Assembly (NCBI GenBank): GCA_965112155.1
Contig: OZ218100.1
DNA length: 64,000 nt
Source: Podarcis liolepis
Taxonomy: Eukaryota
Reading direction: 5' to 3' (one strand)
Part shown: piece after piece, positions 51,207 to 64,000 of the stretch
Numbering within the stretch: position 1 is the first letter of the stretch
Layout: each line of letters opens with the position of its first letter
Notes under the pieces: generated by a model
Database searches by the model: none
What the model was told of the DNA's origin: nothing
Seen by the model: only the letters and a program-made list of their open reading frames with translations
Program-made: the position numbers and the translations under genes

Positions 51207-52280
51207 GAATTAGGCTAGAGTTCATATTGTGCCAGAGATTGTTCAGAGCTGGCCAATGGAGCTGTTCTAAGTAGAAGAATTAGTCCCAAGACAGGTCACA
51301 ATGATGTAAAATACAACATTAAAACCAATTTAAAACAAATTACATTCACAACAGGGTCCTAAAACAATATATCAGAAGCATCAAAGATCGCGTTAAAATA
51401 TTGTGCCTTTGGCAAATAATGAAAACTCTATGAGGAACGTGACACATGCTTTCCTGTGGGGAAGGAATTCCACAACTTAGAGGCTGCCACCAAGAATGCT
51501 CTCCCCTGAGCTACCACCCTTCGAGTTTCTGAGGATGGGGATAGAGGGCTTTTACATCTTAACCCATGAGGTGGAGTATGAGGTGGAATATTGCTCAGAA
51601 AGGGTTCTTTAAAGGTCATTTAGCCCAGTGGACTTTGCCCAGTGCTTGCTCAAGCAATTATCATCCTGCTATTTACATGATCTCTGCATCTTGTTTCGGA
51701 TAGGATGACGAGCTCTAAAGAGACAGAGGGCTCCTTTGTCTTTTTAATAGTAGTGCAGTGGGAATTTTGGCAAGGATGGCTCTTTTCACTCCTATACAGC
51801 AAGCATCCTCCAAATTCCCTCTTCTACATAGTGGGGTTTTGAGGTAGGAGGGTAGGCAGTATGCCTGAGTCTCTTCAAATTCTTGCCTCCAACAAGGATT
51901 CAATTGCTGGAATAGCCAGACAAGTTTCTTGGTAATTACCTAAGTTCAGGTAAGAAGTGAAGTGGCTCGATGTCAGAGGGCAAACAGGTGAGCCCCCCCA
52001 AAAAATTATGCTCAATGTGGTGTACAACAAAGAAACAGGAATGCATTTCAAACAAACACTACAAAAAAAATTCATAATGACATAGCAAAACAATAACATA
52101 ACAACAATTTCATAATAACATAGCAAAACAAAAATATAATAATATGCAAAAAATAACATAAATATAGCAAGATTACATAAGCGACTTGCAATATCCAATA
52201 GCAAAAATAACAAGGGAGCTTCAAAATTCCACCTTAGTTCTAGAAATGCCCCTCCCATGATGTTGTTTACACACATCTAC

Positions 52281-52282
<2 letters not shown>

Positions 52283-52312
<30 letters not shown>
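52283..52312. repeat. (CA)n microsatellite
   Basis: Directly visible. Confidence 0.9.
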
Positions 52313-52315
<3 letters not shown>

Positions 52316-54036
52316 TCATGCTTATGCATAACATGTATAACTCATGCCATTCGACTATACCGTGTTTACATGCACTGAACAATTAATCACTAGTCATTTT
52401 AAGAGCACTGCCTGCTCCTCTGTCAGGGAAACCCCTTTCCACCGAAAGCATACAACCATCTGTCCCTAGCCTCAGCGCGCTAGCAGCACACTTGGCAATT
52501 GGAATGTTTATAAACATTCCCTAACACTCAGCAGCTGAGTCAATGGTTTTGGAGGTCTTATCTCATCATACAAAAGCTTGAGCCAATAGCAAAGAATAAG
52601 TCAAAGACTGCAGTCTGCATTGACCTTGCTTTTATACCTCTTGCTATCCTTATACTGAGGAAAGAACAATTTGTCTATGCCATAATCTGAAGCTTCATTC
52701 ACCCCTTTACTTCCATAGTAAGCATCCTAACAGATTGTCCAAAGGTGCTTTTAACTTTGCAATATATATAGTCATCTAGTATCAGCAATATGATAACAGT
52801 GCAATGAAGATTTTAATGTTTTTAGAGGTTTAAATTGTTTATAAATATTTAAAATGTGTTTTTATTTTATTTTTAACTGTATGGTTTGCCACCAGCATTT
52901 GCTATGCTGGGCTCCTTCGGAAAGAAATTTAATAAAGAATAACAATAATAAATAGAAAGTGTTCTAACAGATTGTCCAACACTGGTTTCATCTTTGGAAT
53001 AGATATATAGTCATACAGTATATTGAACATGCTCATTTTTTAAAAAAGGTGTACCATAAGCTTATAAGAGGAGAGACTATCAGTTACATCACATTAAACT
53101 TCAATTAATGAATCCTGGTGACAGTCACAGTCTCAGTAAAGGCCCCACTAGATTAATGTACTATTGAATCTGTGACTAAAACTTTAGATCAATATCTATG
53201 GTTTTTTCCACAATTTTTAAAGCTCTTTTCAAATTGGCAAAGGCCACATTAAGTGCACTTCATCATTTCTAAGACACGAAGATTAGGTTTTGACTAATTG
53301 GTAGATTTGCTCATTATTTAAATGCAACTTGTTTGCCGTTCCATCATCTGTGTGGTATCCAGAAAGGCATCAGACTATCCCATCAATTTAGTTAGAAAAG
53401 AATAAATGAATAACCAGGCTGACAATTTCTCCCCCTGGGATGCTCCTTGACACTGCATTGTTTCCCCATTATTAATTACTTACATAAAAATAATTTGCTG
53501 CACAGGAACATCTACTCCTTGTTTAAAAGACTGGATCAAGTGTCAATCTGCTTATCCTTCTGTGTGCATTTCATTTTCTTAGTGTGATGGAGTGCCACTA
53601 AGTACTTCACTTGTTGGAAGGGATCAAGAAGAGAATGGATTGATGGTGTCACACAGCAACTTCTTGCCGTCTGGGATGTCCACAGTCCGTGTCCATTTAT
53701 CGTGCATGACGTCCTGCACTGGTTCTCAGGGTGAAATGTAAAGCTGCATTGCAAGCACTTTATTCGTAAGACTGTCAGGTGATGCATTCACAGATGTCAC
53801 TGCCAGGTCAAGTTGCAGCTCAGACCTGTGCTCACTGCATCTCTGATGCTGTTTGTGTTAATTAGAGGCATGTGTTGGTTTATATAGAAAACACTTAACT
53901 CATTTAGCATGTAGTGTAGAAATGAATGTGTGATGGTGTTGGTTCTGGGCTGAACCCTCAGAAGCTTGAGCCTCAGTCCTTGGGGCAGCTGGCCCATGTT
54001 TAAGAACAGCAGCAGATCCATGTTTAAGAACAGAGA

Positions 54037-54150
54037 TGAGGAGCCTCCAGATATTGTTGGACTACTTCTCTCATCAACCCCGGCCAGCATGGTCAATGGA
54101 CAGGGATGATGGGAATTGTAGTCCAAGGACATCTGGAGAACTACAAGCGC
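54037..54150. mobile_element. Short fold-back MITE
   Basis: CTCCAGAT..TTGGACTAC ... GTAGTCCAA..ATCTGGAG inverted arms. Confidence 0.65.
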
Positions 54151-56144
54151 TGGTTTAGAACATGGCATGGGTGACTGCTGGGCTGCTGGGTCACTGGCAA
54201 TAAGCGCCCCACCACGGGAAAGTGGCTGGACACAGGAAAATTCAGGTGGAAGAAGTCGACAAGTTCCAATATTCACCTACACAAATGCATTATACCTGTT
54301 TGGCACAACCATATCTAGTCAGGCTTTTGGTCTCATAAGAAGTGAGACAAATACTTCAAAATAAGCAATAAGCCCAATTCAGGCATTCTACTTCTGTGCT
54401 TAATCAACACATGCGAGGGGACAATATTGGACACCGTAGGAAAGGGTAGATCATGCTCTCTTTCAGGTAATATAGTCAAATGGAAATACTTGTTTCCAGT
54501 TTGACACTTGAAAGACTCAGATGGAATTTGGAGTGGAAATGATATTAGCAAGAAGATGACTCTATATTTATTATAGTCATTCTACTTCCATGTTTCATCA
54601 ATATCCTCCTATTTGGGAAAGTAAGACAAGAAATTTCCTATTCTTCCAAATCATCTTGATTTTCATATGCCACACCACAAAGAGATTACTATGGCTGTAG
54701 CAACAGGACTGACTAACAGCCCCTTGCGATGGTTGGGTTTGGGAGTCACGCAGACCGTTGTTCCCACTCTTTTCTTACATTTGGACCCTTTGTTGTGGAT
54801 TAGTGCAGGAGGTAATAAGGTAATAGCTACAATAAGGTTTTATTGGGATAGTTAAGTGTGATTCATCCTTCAGTCTTTTAGTTTATCATTTCAAGGCTGA
54901 AATGATGCCATCTTATTGCATTCAGTGAGGATTATTTCTGAGGAAGCATATGCAGGATTGCTTTGTAAATCAAATAGTCAACAATCTAGTCATGTACTTA
55001 TGCCAATATGTTTCTACTGGTGGACATAACAACTATTGTTTTATTGCATTTTTCTTCCCTGTTTCAAATCGTGTATGTGCAATAGAGGAAAAAGGAAGAA
55101 ACCTAGTCTCAATTCTCATCCAGTTGTTAGCTCTGTTTGTTACCTAAATCTGCACTGAAGCTTTTTCACCCACCAGCACTTTCTGTGATCAATATCTAAG
55201 CCACTTCCTGAACCATTCAAGCATGTTCACCTTCTGTACCATACAGCTGTCCCTGCCGATTAGCTTTTTAAAATTTACCATTGCTGTGAAAATATCACAC
55301 TGGCTAGGTAAATAATATTTGTAGACCCCTCCTGTTTGCTCCTTTGTCCTCTTGCCTAAAAATAAAAATGCTATCAGATTAGTCAGACAGGATCATCTTT
55401 GTATTAATCCACGTGCAATCCATTTGATCCAATAATATCCCAGTAGGTGTCCCTCTATCCTGCCTCACGTCAGCCCTCGCTGGCATTTTCTACAGGCATT
55501 AATGTCCATTGTGCTGTTCCACCCTTCGCGTCATCATTTCTTTCATGACAAAAGCATGTCAAGATTAAGAAACATATGGTACTTTAATACGGCTTTGAAA
55601 AATTAGACAGCATGAAGGTTTCAGAGACGTATCGTTTATTCCTGCTCCCTGAAGAGCCGGGCATCAATTGTCCTGAAATAAGTGAGCCATTCTGGAGCTG
55701 CTTCCTGCCAAGCCACACAGTTTCAAAGACATTTCTGCTTGCAAGTCAGAAAAATCACTAATGAACATCACACCAACTCCCAACCAGGGGTTTGCTCCAT
55801 ATAGAGGGGGATGAAAATAACACTTGTCTGCCATCTCCCATTGTCTGAAACTGCAAGCACTGGTCTTCTATAGATACAAGATACTCCCCCCTAAATCCAG
55901 CAGAATGAGATGGGTTGCACATTTACTCTTGTTTTAATGAACCAGCAGTTGTTTTCACTTCTCTGCCATGACGCTCAGGGACTCGTGAGACGTGCAAAGC
56001 AAATTGACCTACCAACTCACCTACTTGTGCAGGAAACACCCCGTTTTATAAATATGATAAAAATAATAGTTTTGTTTTTCCTCTGGTAAATTTTATCTTC
56101 ACTGTGCTTTCCTAGGCAGTGTACAGTAACTGTCAATTAAAATA

Positions 56145-56483
56145 CAGTGGCAAGACGAATGCCTCGCAAGACGGAAAACTCGCTGGACGAAAGAGTTTTC
56201 CATTTTGGAGGTGCTTCACAAAATGAATCTCCTATGGGCTTGCTTCGCAAGACGAAAATGTCTTGCGAGTTCGTGCGGGGTTTTTTCCTTCCCCCCCCCC
56301 TTTTTCTAAGCTGCTAAGCCACTTATCAGCTGATCCGATAAGCCGATAAGCCGCTAAAAGCCGCTAATAGTGCTAGTAGCGCTAATCTGCTAATCCATCA
56401 ATGGGCTTGCTTCGCAAGACGAAAAAACCGCTAGACGAAGAGAATCACAGAACGGATTCTTTTCGTCTTGCGAGGCACCACTG
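56145..56483. mobile_element. Tigger-like MITE with internal (TAAGCCGm)n repeats
   Basis: TA-CAGTGG ... GAGGCACCACTG-TA; repeated TCGCAAGACG motifs. Confidence 0.8.
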
Positions 56484-56890
56484 TAAGCCTGCCCTCAAGC
56501 AAATGGTGCTGGGCTAAATTCATTAGGTCAGAGTAAAGCCCTCTGAAACAAAGTTCGCTGTACGCTACACACCTCAGAGCATGCTACTTTTATTTTGCTA
56601 AATTTGAGCTGCTAGATTGCCCGCATCTAAGACACTGAAAGGAGATGTTGCACACCTTAGATCCGAGCTACACAGTTGGTCTAGTTAAGCAAATGTCTTA
56701 ATCTGCTCATTTGACTCTTTTGCCAACCAACATTTACTGAGTAAATGTAGAAAATCAATCACACTTCAATGCGAAATTGCATTATAATATGTTTCCAGAT
56801 GTTTCCAGACTAGGGTCTGCTACCTTTTTTTTTTAATAAGGAAGCTGCTGTTGTATATCAGCAGTCTGACTGCTTTTGCAGTATGTCAGC

Positions 56891-57001
56891 CAGGGCTATT
56901 TTTATAGAAAGAGGTGTCGGAACTCACCTCGTTGTCTTAGCATGGCAACGGTGCCCACCTGAGGGGTGCCAGAACTGAGTTCCAGCAAATTCTGGTTGAA
57001 G
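56891..57001. mobile_element. hAT MITE related to 28310-28446
   Basis: CAGGGCTATTTTTATAGAAAGAGGT start; possible TSD ATGTCAGC / AAGTCAGC. Confidence 0.55.
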
Positions 57002-57343
57002 AAGTCAGCCAGTCCTGAATGTGCTTGAGAGCACAGCCCAGGGTTCTAATCTGGAGCTTTAAAACCATTCCAGGGTGAAGAGTTCAACTTGCTCTCCTGT
57101 TGTTTAACAAAAAAAGGCAGTTCTGCGTAAGTTATCCTGTCTCTGTTGCCTTCTTTCTTCAAGCCATTTGCCCAGCTTTTGCCGCTGGATCTCAGCTCAT
57201 TGGTTTTCAGCTCACTGAGACTTCCCTGAACAGGGAACTACCGGTACTTCTTAGCCTAGTGGTTCTTTTAACATCTTTTGTCCATAACTCTGACATTTCA
57301 GCCAATAACCATGAAGAAATCTTCACTGCTTTCAGTGCTTTCA

Positions 57344-57778
57344 TTCCCCCCTTTTTATTTATTTATACTTTTCAAGTTTAGACATTTCACTAATTTTACA
57401 ATCATTTTGACATTTCAAAACTTGACTTCCTTCCCCCTCTTTCTGCTGTTCCTTAAATTTATTTTTAAGATCTTCTGCATATCCAAATTAACTTAACTTA
57501 CTCATTTATTCATCTTCTTTAAATATATACTCTTATAAAACTGCAGGTAATTACAATAATCCTGCCAATGCTTTTATCTGTTTATAATTTATCTGTAAAT
57601 ATTCAATAAACCATTTCCATTCTTTTGTAAAAGATTTGTTATCTTGATTTCTTATTCTCCCGGTAAGTTTCACCATTTCTGCCTATTCCACAAGTTTTTG
57701 TATCCATTCTTCCTTTGCTGGGACTTCTGCTTCTTTCCATTTGGGGGCAAGTAACATTCTTGCTGCTGTAGTAGCATA
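57344..57778 (-). mobile_element. 5'-truncated L1-clade LINE (ORF2 C-terminus and 3' UTR)
   Basis: 17-bp TSD TGCTTTCAGTGCTTTCA (57327-57343 / 57779-57795); minus strand YATTAARMLLAPKWK...KEEWIQKL...KEWKWFIEYL. Confidence 0.88.
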
Positions 57779-58140
57779 TGCTTTCAGTGCTTTCAGCAGC
57801 ACTGAGATTCTTGCATTGCAGCGGGTTAAACTAGATGACCATTGGGTCAGTTTCAACTTAATGATTCTTAATGATTCTATGAGCAGCAGTCCATTTTGCT
57901 CCCCCTGAGTTCATTTAGGTCTGAGGAAACAGTTTAAGAACTTGTATGAGACAGATCCCTGTCTGGAAAGTTTCTGAACCACACACCAAAGACCCCTTCA
58001 TTCCAAACATCCAAAATACAAATTACAACTAATTCTTTAAAAGGCTAATCCATCTTCCGAGGTTCATTTGTAGTTTCTCCTACAAACAGAAGCCTCCTGA
58101 AGCTAGCTTATATATAATAAATCTGCTTTTTCATTTGGGT

Positions 58141-58272
58141 CAGGAATAGAGAACTGTGGACCTCCAGACGCTGTTGGACTCCAACTCCCATCATCCCCAA
58201 CCAGGCTGGTCAATGGCTGGGGATTATGGGAGTTGGAGTTCAACATCTGGAAGGCCGCATGTTCTCCATCCC
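58141..58272. mobile_element. Short fold-back MITE
   Basis: ACTCCAACTCCCAT ... ATGGGAGTTGGAGT inverted arms. Confidence 0.7.
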
Positions 58273-58915
58273 TCCTCTATAGGTGGCTGCCACTCAGATT
58301 ATTTCTTCCATCAGATAAAACAATAATACACCCAGCCTGGCTTTCTTGTCTTCTTCACTTTCATAATGAGTAACGTGGTGGCAGCTATGGGTCTAAATCA
58401 CTCTTTGGGGGATTTCCAAAGCTGGGAAATACAAGACTAGGATGGGAGGGGGACTTTGGGTTTATATTTCTGATGACTGCAATCAAATGCAATGTCCCCT
58501 GAAGTGAGAGGAGGTTCCTGCTAGAGGTAGTGCACTTTTCTGTCGATTAATTTACATGGCCTTTAGCAGTTTACAGTAAGCATCCCTAAAATTCAGCACA
58601 ATTCCAGTTTGATTGCTTTGATATCATTAGATGATTGTATCTTCCCTTCTTTCACTGTATCTACTGTACAGTACTGTGTGGGAGAGAATGTCAACAGAAA
58701 AGGCTTGATCAACTGAACAATCCCCAGGCTAAATGCATTTTGTATGGGCCACTGCACAACATGTGCTGATTAAAACTCCCCTAAGAATAGTGTATGAAGT
58801 GACTAGCGAACACAGCTTCACAATATTTATGAGTCCAGAAACCTATATCTGGCATTTATGTTTACTTTTATCTCCCTCTCTGTTCGGGAGATTTTTTTCC
58901 CCCTACAGTGGTTAT

Positions 58916-59250
58916 TGTGTTATCTGTATGAACTCCACATGATCATTGAATTTAAAGCATTAATGATGTCTTGCTGCAGTAGTGAAATTTTGTTCTGATA
59001 CTCTAGACACTGAATTTTTAATTCATTCACAACTGTCACTTCAGGCTGAAGTTTCACTTTCACTGACCAAGCAACATTTTACTCACAATGAAGAGAGAAA
59101 TATCACTTCAGCCTGAAGGGAGAATTGTGAACAAGTTAAAAATTCTCTGTCAATATATTCTAGAGTGTCGGAACAGAATTCACTATTGCAGCAAGACATC
59201 CTTAATGCTCTAAATGCAATGATCATGGTGTTCATACAGAACATCACACA
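58916..59250. repeat. Long imperfect inverted repeat (~140-150-bp arms)
   Basis: Nested perfect blocks TCTGTATGAAC, CATGATCATTG, GATGTCTTGCTGCA, CTTCAGGCTGAAGT, each with its reverse complement in mirrored order. Confidence 0.92.
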
Positions 59251-60035
59251 GAAATCGTTTGGGTCGACAAGACAGAACTTCATTTACATTTTTTAGAACC
59301 ACAAATCATTAACTGAGTGATATATAGCTTGGCTTGAGTCATCACAAGCAATCTGCTCTGAAGGCAGAATGTTTTTTCTACTTTCTCATGCGGTCTGAAT
59401 TATGAGATGCACAGCACAACCCTATGTTTCTTTACTCAGAAGTAAGTCTTCTTCAGTTCAGCAGGGCTTACTCCCAAGTAAATATGATTAAGATCCCCTT
59501 AATTAGTAGTGCAGTTGCAATCCAATGATAAATATTTTGGGGAAGTCTGATTGAACCAAATGGGACTTTCTGTAATAAACATTAATAAGAGAGACTTAAG
59601 CACATGCTAAATTCTCCCATGAAAATTAGGACTGAAATCTTACTTGATTAATTTTTTAATCTAATAATCAAAATATTAAATTTGCACTTATATTTCTGAA
59701 GCAATCAATCCTGTTCCTTTGATTTTAGATGTGTCCTATGATCTATGATGAATGTGTCACCGCAGGCATCATCTTGAAAGAAAACGTAGTTGAAGTTGCT
59801 GGCCCTAGTTTGCAGGCTCACATTTGAAGTAGATGCCAAATGGTTGCCCCTTACACATCGTTATAAAGAGGACAAAAGGGGGCACAGATATGAATAAAAT
59901 CTGCATGTGCTTATTTTTACATATAGGTGCAGATTTAGAAAGAATTTGCATAATTTAACTAGAAACACAACAATTCTGACTATGTAACCTCCATGTCTGC
60001 TTTGTCTGCTGTCCAGATGCTATTTTGTATGTTAT

Positions 60036-60235
60036 TTCCACTAATATGTGTGTTTATATGAACATATAAACCCTAGTGTATGCATTTTTCTACACATTGT
60101 TTGACTGCATTGCAATATTCTGAGAAGTATGAATTTCGAAGGACAGCTGTGTTTTATTCAGCCTATCATTTCATAAAGGGCAAATTAGGTAAGTTCACAG
60201 GGAAATGTGAACTGAACCAAATTCCTCCCCTGCCC
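60036..60235. repeat. AT-rich dispersed repeat (same family as 41755)
   Basis: CTGCATTGCAATATTCTGAGAAGTATGAATTTCGAAGG block; boundaries approximate. Confidence 0.5.
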
Positions 60236-61029
60236 CAGTCCCATGTAAAGCACACCCTGCCTGAAGGACAGCAATTTTACAGCATCTCATCAAAAAACAC
60301 AGCAGGTATCCATATGCAAGTACCCACAAAGAGAAAAGGAGAACCCAGGCAAGGCTCCGATCTAGAAATGAAAGCAGGCCTTTTCTTTTCCCAATTCATC
60401 TTCTCTCTCTCAAATAAAAAGAGAGTGTAGTCACACCCCGCAATGGAAGCAGCCTGTCCCTTCATTCCTCTCTCAGTTTGGGCAGTGCATATTAGTCTTT
60501 CATTACCAGCAGTAGTAATGTGCAGATGTTAAATTATACCCAGGAGGGTTCCTTGAATGTAATAGAAACACAGGAAGAATTACAGCATGAGAAAAATTAA
60601 TAAAAATATCAACTATAAAGGGCTATGGAATTAAAACAATGTCTTTTTCCGAGTTCATGCCGAGATCTAGGTGCACGCAGTAGTTCATGCAAATCAGATG
60701 TAATTTACTGTGTGATTTGTTTCTTCAATAAAAAAAACTGAGAATATGGAGAACAATTCCCTCACCCCCCCCCCACTTACATTTTAGCTACACATTTCTC
60801 CATAAAGTGAATAACTACAATAATGACTTCTTATATGTTGCACCAACTTGATTGCCTCTGCGTTTAAAAGCCATTTCACTGCTGTACAATGGATTTCCTG
60901 TCGAAGCCTGGGTTCAAATCCCTAGTCAGCCATGAAGGTCATTGACTTTAGGCAGCCACCGTCACTTAACCTAAGTTCCCATCCACACAGAGTTGTGTGG
61001 ATAAATTGTATGCTTTTTCATTGAAGGAC

Positions 61030-61080
61030 AGGTGTGTGGGTGTGGGTGTGGGTGTGGGTGTGGGTGTGGGTGTGGGTGTG
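61030..61080. repeat. (GGGTGT)n microsatellite, G-quadruplex-prone
   Basis: Directly visible; 7 GGG runs. Confidence 0.9.
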
Positions 61081-64000
61081 TTATTCACTCTTTAATCTGA
61101 CTCAAACTGCTATACCTTTGTACCTCCCCGCTGACCAAACACGGGTCCCCTTAGAACTATCATCAGTTCATGTCCACAGATCTGTTCTGTGATGTATGTT
61201 GCCTTTAATTTAATGGTGGTTTGAGGAAACCCTGTACAAAATCATGCAGATCCATGAGGATCCAGTTTCCTTCTACAGAATCACATCTTCTAATTCCAGG
61301 ACAATTCATTTTAAGTCTACTGCATCCATCTTTGACCCATTTAATACGATTGGATCTTCTGCAACATTTCAAATGTCTTTAACATGAACATTACTTCTCT
61401 ATATGATTTCATATGTGTACATAGTGAGAAAAACGGGGAGGTTGCATTTGCACACCAGATACACATGTGTAAAAATACGCATGTGTCAAAATACTTCATA
61501 TAATCCCCAAACTTAAATTGAAAAGCAAAGAAACAATTTTATGCATGAAGCTGCACTTCTACCATTGTGTTAGGTAACTGTTACATATAATTTTCCCCGG
61601 TACTTTTTTGTGATCTTTATTTCCACCCGCCACCCTTCACTCACTTCACAGAGCATGTGTCTTCCTTGTTAAATAGAAATGGGAGGATAATACACTCTTG
61701 ATTACATTTCTTGGTTTTTGACATTGTGTTTAACTTTGTCATTTGTATATATTAATACATAATCAGCTTTGCAATTAATTGTGTCAAGGGAGCTATTTAT
61801 TGGTAGCCTTGCTAGATTTTTACACTCAGGGTAGCAGATGTCAATTCCTTCCCTATTAGAGGGAACTGGATTCCTCTATTCCCCCCTAATAAAGGGATTC
61901 TGATTAGACTTGTGTTTAAGTGGCGCTCATAACCATTCACTGCTTTGGGTGGCTTTGTGGTGCATAAAGGGCTTGGCTTGTGTAAGGAAATGAAGAAGCT
62001 AAAGTTGAGAGGGACAGAAAACGCAGAATCTGAAAAATGCAAGCTGGGGAAAAGGACACACATCAAGGAGAGAGACTAACAGCCATTATATCTGTCTACC
62101 AATCTAGTGTCAGTATGTAGCGTTCCATCCCTTCTCTCTACTCCCAAGCCATGAGTCCCAATTGGATTTTATCTATCTTATTCTCCTGTTCTTGCCACGT
62201 CAGAATGTGATAGCTCTTGTGACAATACCAGTTCAGCCTAAGGTCATTCTTCTTTTCAGGTTCTTCCTCAAACATTGCCGGAACATTTTTAAAAGTTATC
62301 TTGTAAAAGAAGAAGAAGAAGCAAGCGTCTAAAGTGCTCTAAGCTTTCGCTGTCACCAGGAGAGGAGCTCCACAGAGAATGTGGAGATCGATGGGATGCT
62401 ACACTCAGAGTATTATGTAATGTCCTTCCTCTTGGATTCTCACTTTTAAAAGTTTGCAACTGCCAAAAAGCTCACAATTGAATAGTAAACAATTACTGTA
62501 CTCTGCTGTGAGAAGAATGAAGCAATTTAAAGGCACCTCTTCTTTGCCTTCTTGTCCTTCACAGCTTTTTGGCTTCAAAGCAAGGTCATCCTTCAGCTTC
62601 CTTTAGCTACAGATATTTGAAGAAAAGTATCTAATTTAGTCCTGCTATCCATAAAATTAAGAAGAGTACTGGGTAAGCTAGAGAAGCCATTCACACTATT
62701 GACTTCATTTTTGTGCTTTAGCTTAGTCAGGTAGATCAGATGTTGCTTGTGCTAAGTATATCTATGCACAAACTACTTTTAATAGCCACCAAATTCAGCC
62801 TAGCACAATTAATCATTTGAAGTTACTTGCTCCTTTTCTAAAAACAATTCTTAATTCCAGATTTTTTGTGAAAACTGTTCAATTTGGTTATGTACTTTTT
62901 GATGTTTTGCTTACTGTTTATGACTACTTTTGTTATGTTCCTGGTTATATAATCTTTCATATGTTGTAAGCCACCTGGAGCGTGGTTTTAACTTTGGTAA
63001 GGTGGCATACAAATAAAGTGATTAATTACTGATTGATTGAAAACATGATTCAGTGTAAATAAGCAGAAGTGCTGCTGAACATGGGCAGAGTGCCATTCCG
63101 TCTTCTCACCATAGGCGACCATAATCAACAACCATATTTCTTGGGACAGGTATAGTGCCTCCCAAAAGGGGAAGGGGAAGACAAAACAGCTGATGGAGGT
63201 GCAAAGATGCAGTGTGACAGGATCCTAAGGAAGGCAATCTCTCTCTCCCCAATCAGCCCAAATCTGGTTAGACTGAATGCCCCCAGCAAGAGATCCACCT
63301 TGCTGTTTCATTAGCCCAGTGTGATCTGAGAAGGGCAGAAAGATCTGCTTCCCCCCACCCCCACCCCCACCCCCATGCCTGGCTTCAAATATTCTGCTCT
63401 AGGCTGAAATCCTAACCTTAAGCATCATTAAATTCTGTAGGTGTAGTTAGGCTTGTGCTGGTAGACTTCTGATGTTAGTGTGGGATGCTAATCCATGGAT
63501 CCTAGCATGGATGGAGCAGCAGAGAGCATGAACACACAACTTCCTACATGTTTTAGAAGAGATTCTAGAATTTCTGCACATTTTAGAAGAGTCGTTGTGG
63601 AAGGTAGAGTCAAAGACTCGTCAAGGAGCTACAGATTAGGGACGGGAAGTTTTTTTTTTGTGAAACCACTAAAACCCTCAAAAAAGGCAGAGGCAGATGA
63701 GCTGCAGCTATCCTTCAGAAGCAAATATAGGGTGGCAGCATGACTGGTGCCACCACAATGGGTGCCAAACTTAGGAGGTGCTGCATGTAGTGAATTGAGC
63801 AGAACAGAAGGCAGGGAAGTGCAAAATTTTGCCTTTGCACAGGGTGCCGTTGAAATTTGAAAGACCCAAATCCACCCTGTAAGCTCTCTACCATCTACAA
63901 CAGAAGCAAGAAACAGAACTCCCTTAGGCAGCTACATGACCCCACAGGCTTTCACTTCTGCATTGCCTTTTGAATCACTGGGCTCCCTGGGCATGACTGG

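Noticed and set aside
53580-53790. Protein-like frames (e.g. DVMHDKWTRTVDIPDGKKLLCDT on minus)
   Set aside because: Short, closed by stops, unrecognised, weak splice signals
59083-59283. 66-aa ORF
   Set aside because: Lies in one arm of the inverted repeat; no coding support

Overview
Eukaryotic, repeat-rich, non-genic DNA. The repeat complement (Sauria/Squam1 SINE, Squam3-like SINE, Bov-B, squamate-type L1) points to a lizard, most likely a lacertid; this is inferred from repeat families only. I could not recognise any host protein-coding exon, so the window is intronic or intergenic, and most ORFs in the track are noise or TE-derived. Main items: (1) a very young 4,326-bp Ty1/copia LTR retrotransposon (7680-12005) with 380-bp LTRs in which I see no differences, an ATATC TSD, a PBS complementary to the internal anticodon arm of tRNAiMet, a single in-frame TAA between gag and pol, and no RT catalytic core; (2) two Penelope-like fragments with minimal type-I hammerhead ribozyme motifs plus a third decayed one; (3) a 2.4-kb TSD-flanked L1 derivative that keeps its 5' UTR and part of ORF1 but only the tip of ORF2; (4) two independent Bov-B insertions in opposite orientation, 22 bp between their inner TSDs; (5) an unexplained ~335-bp imperfect fold-back at 58916-59250. 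The rest is TA-flanked Tc1/mariner-pogo-type MITEs, hAT MITEs, SINEs, CR1/L2 remnants and microsatellites. Family names are from recognition, not from database searches.
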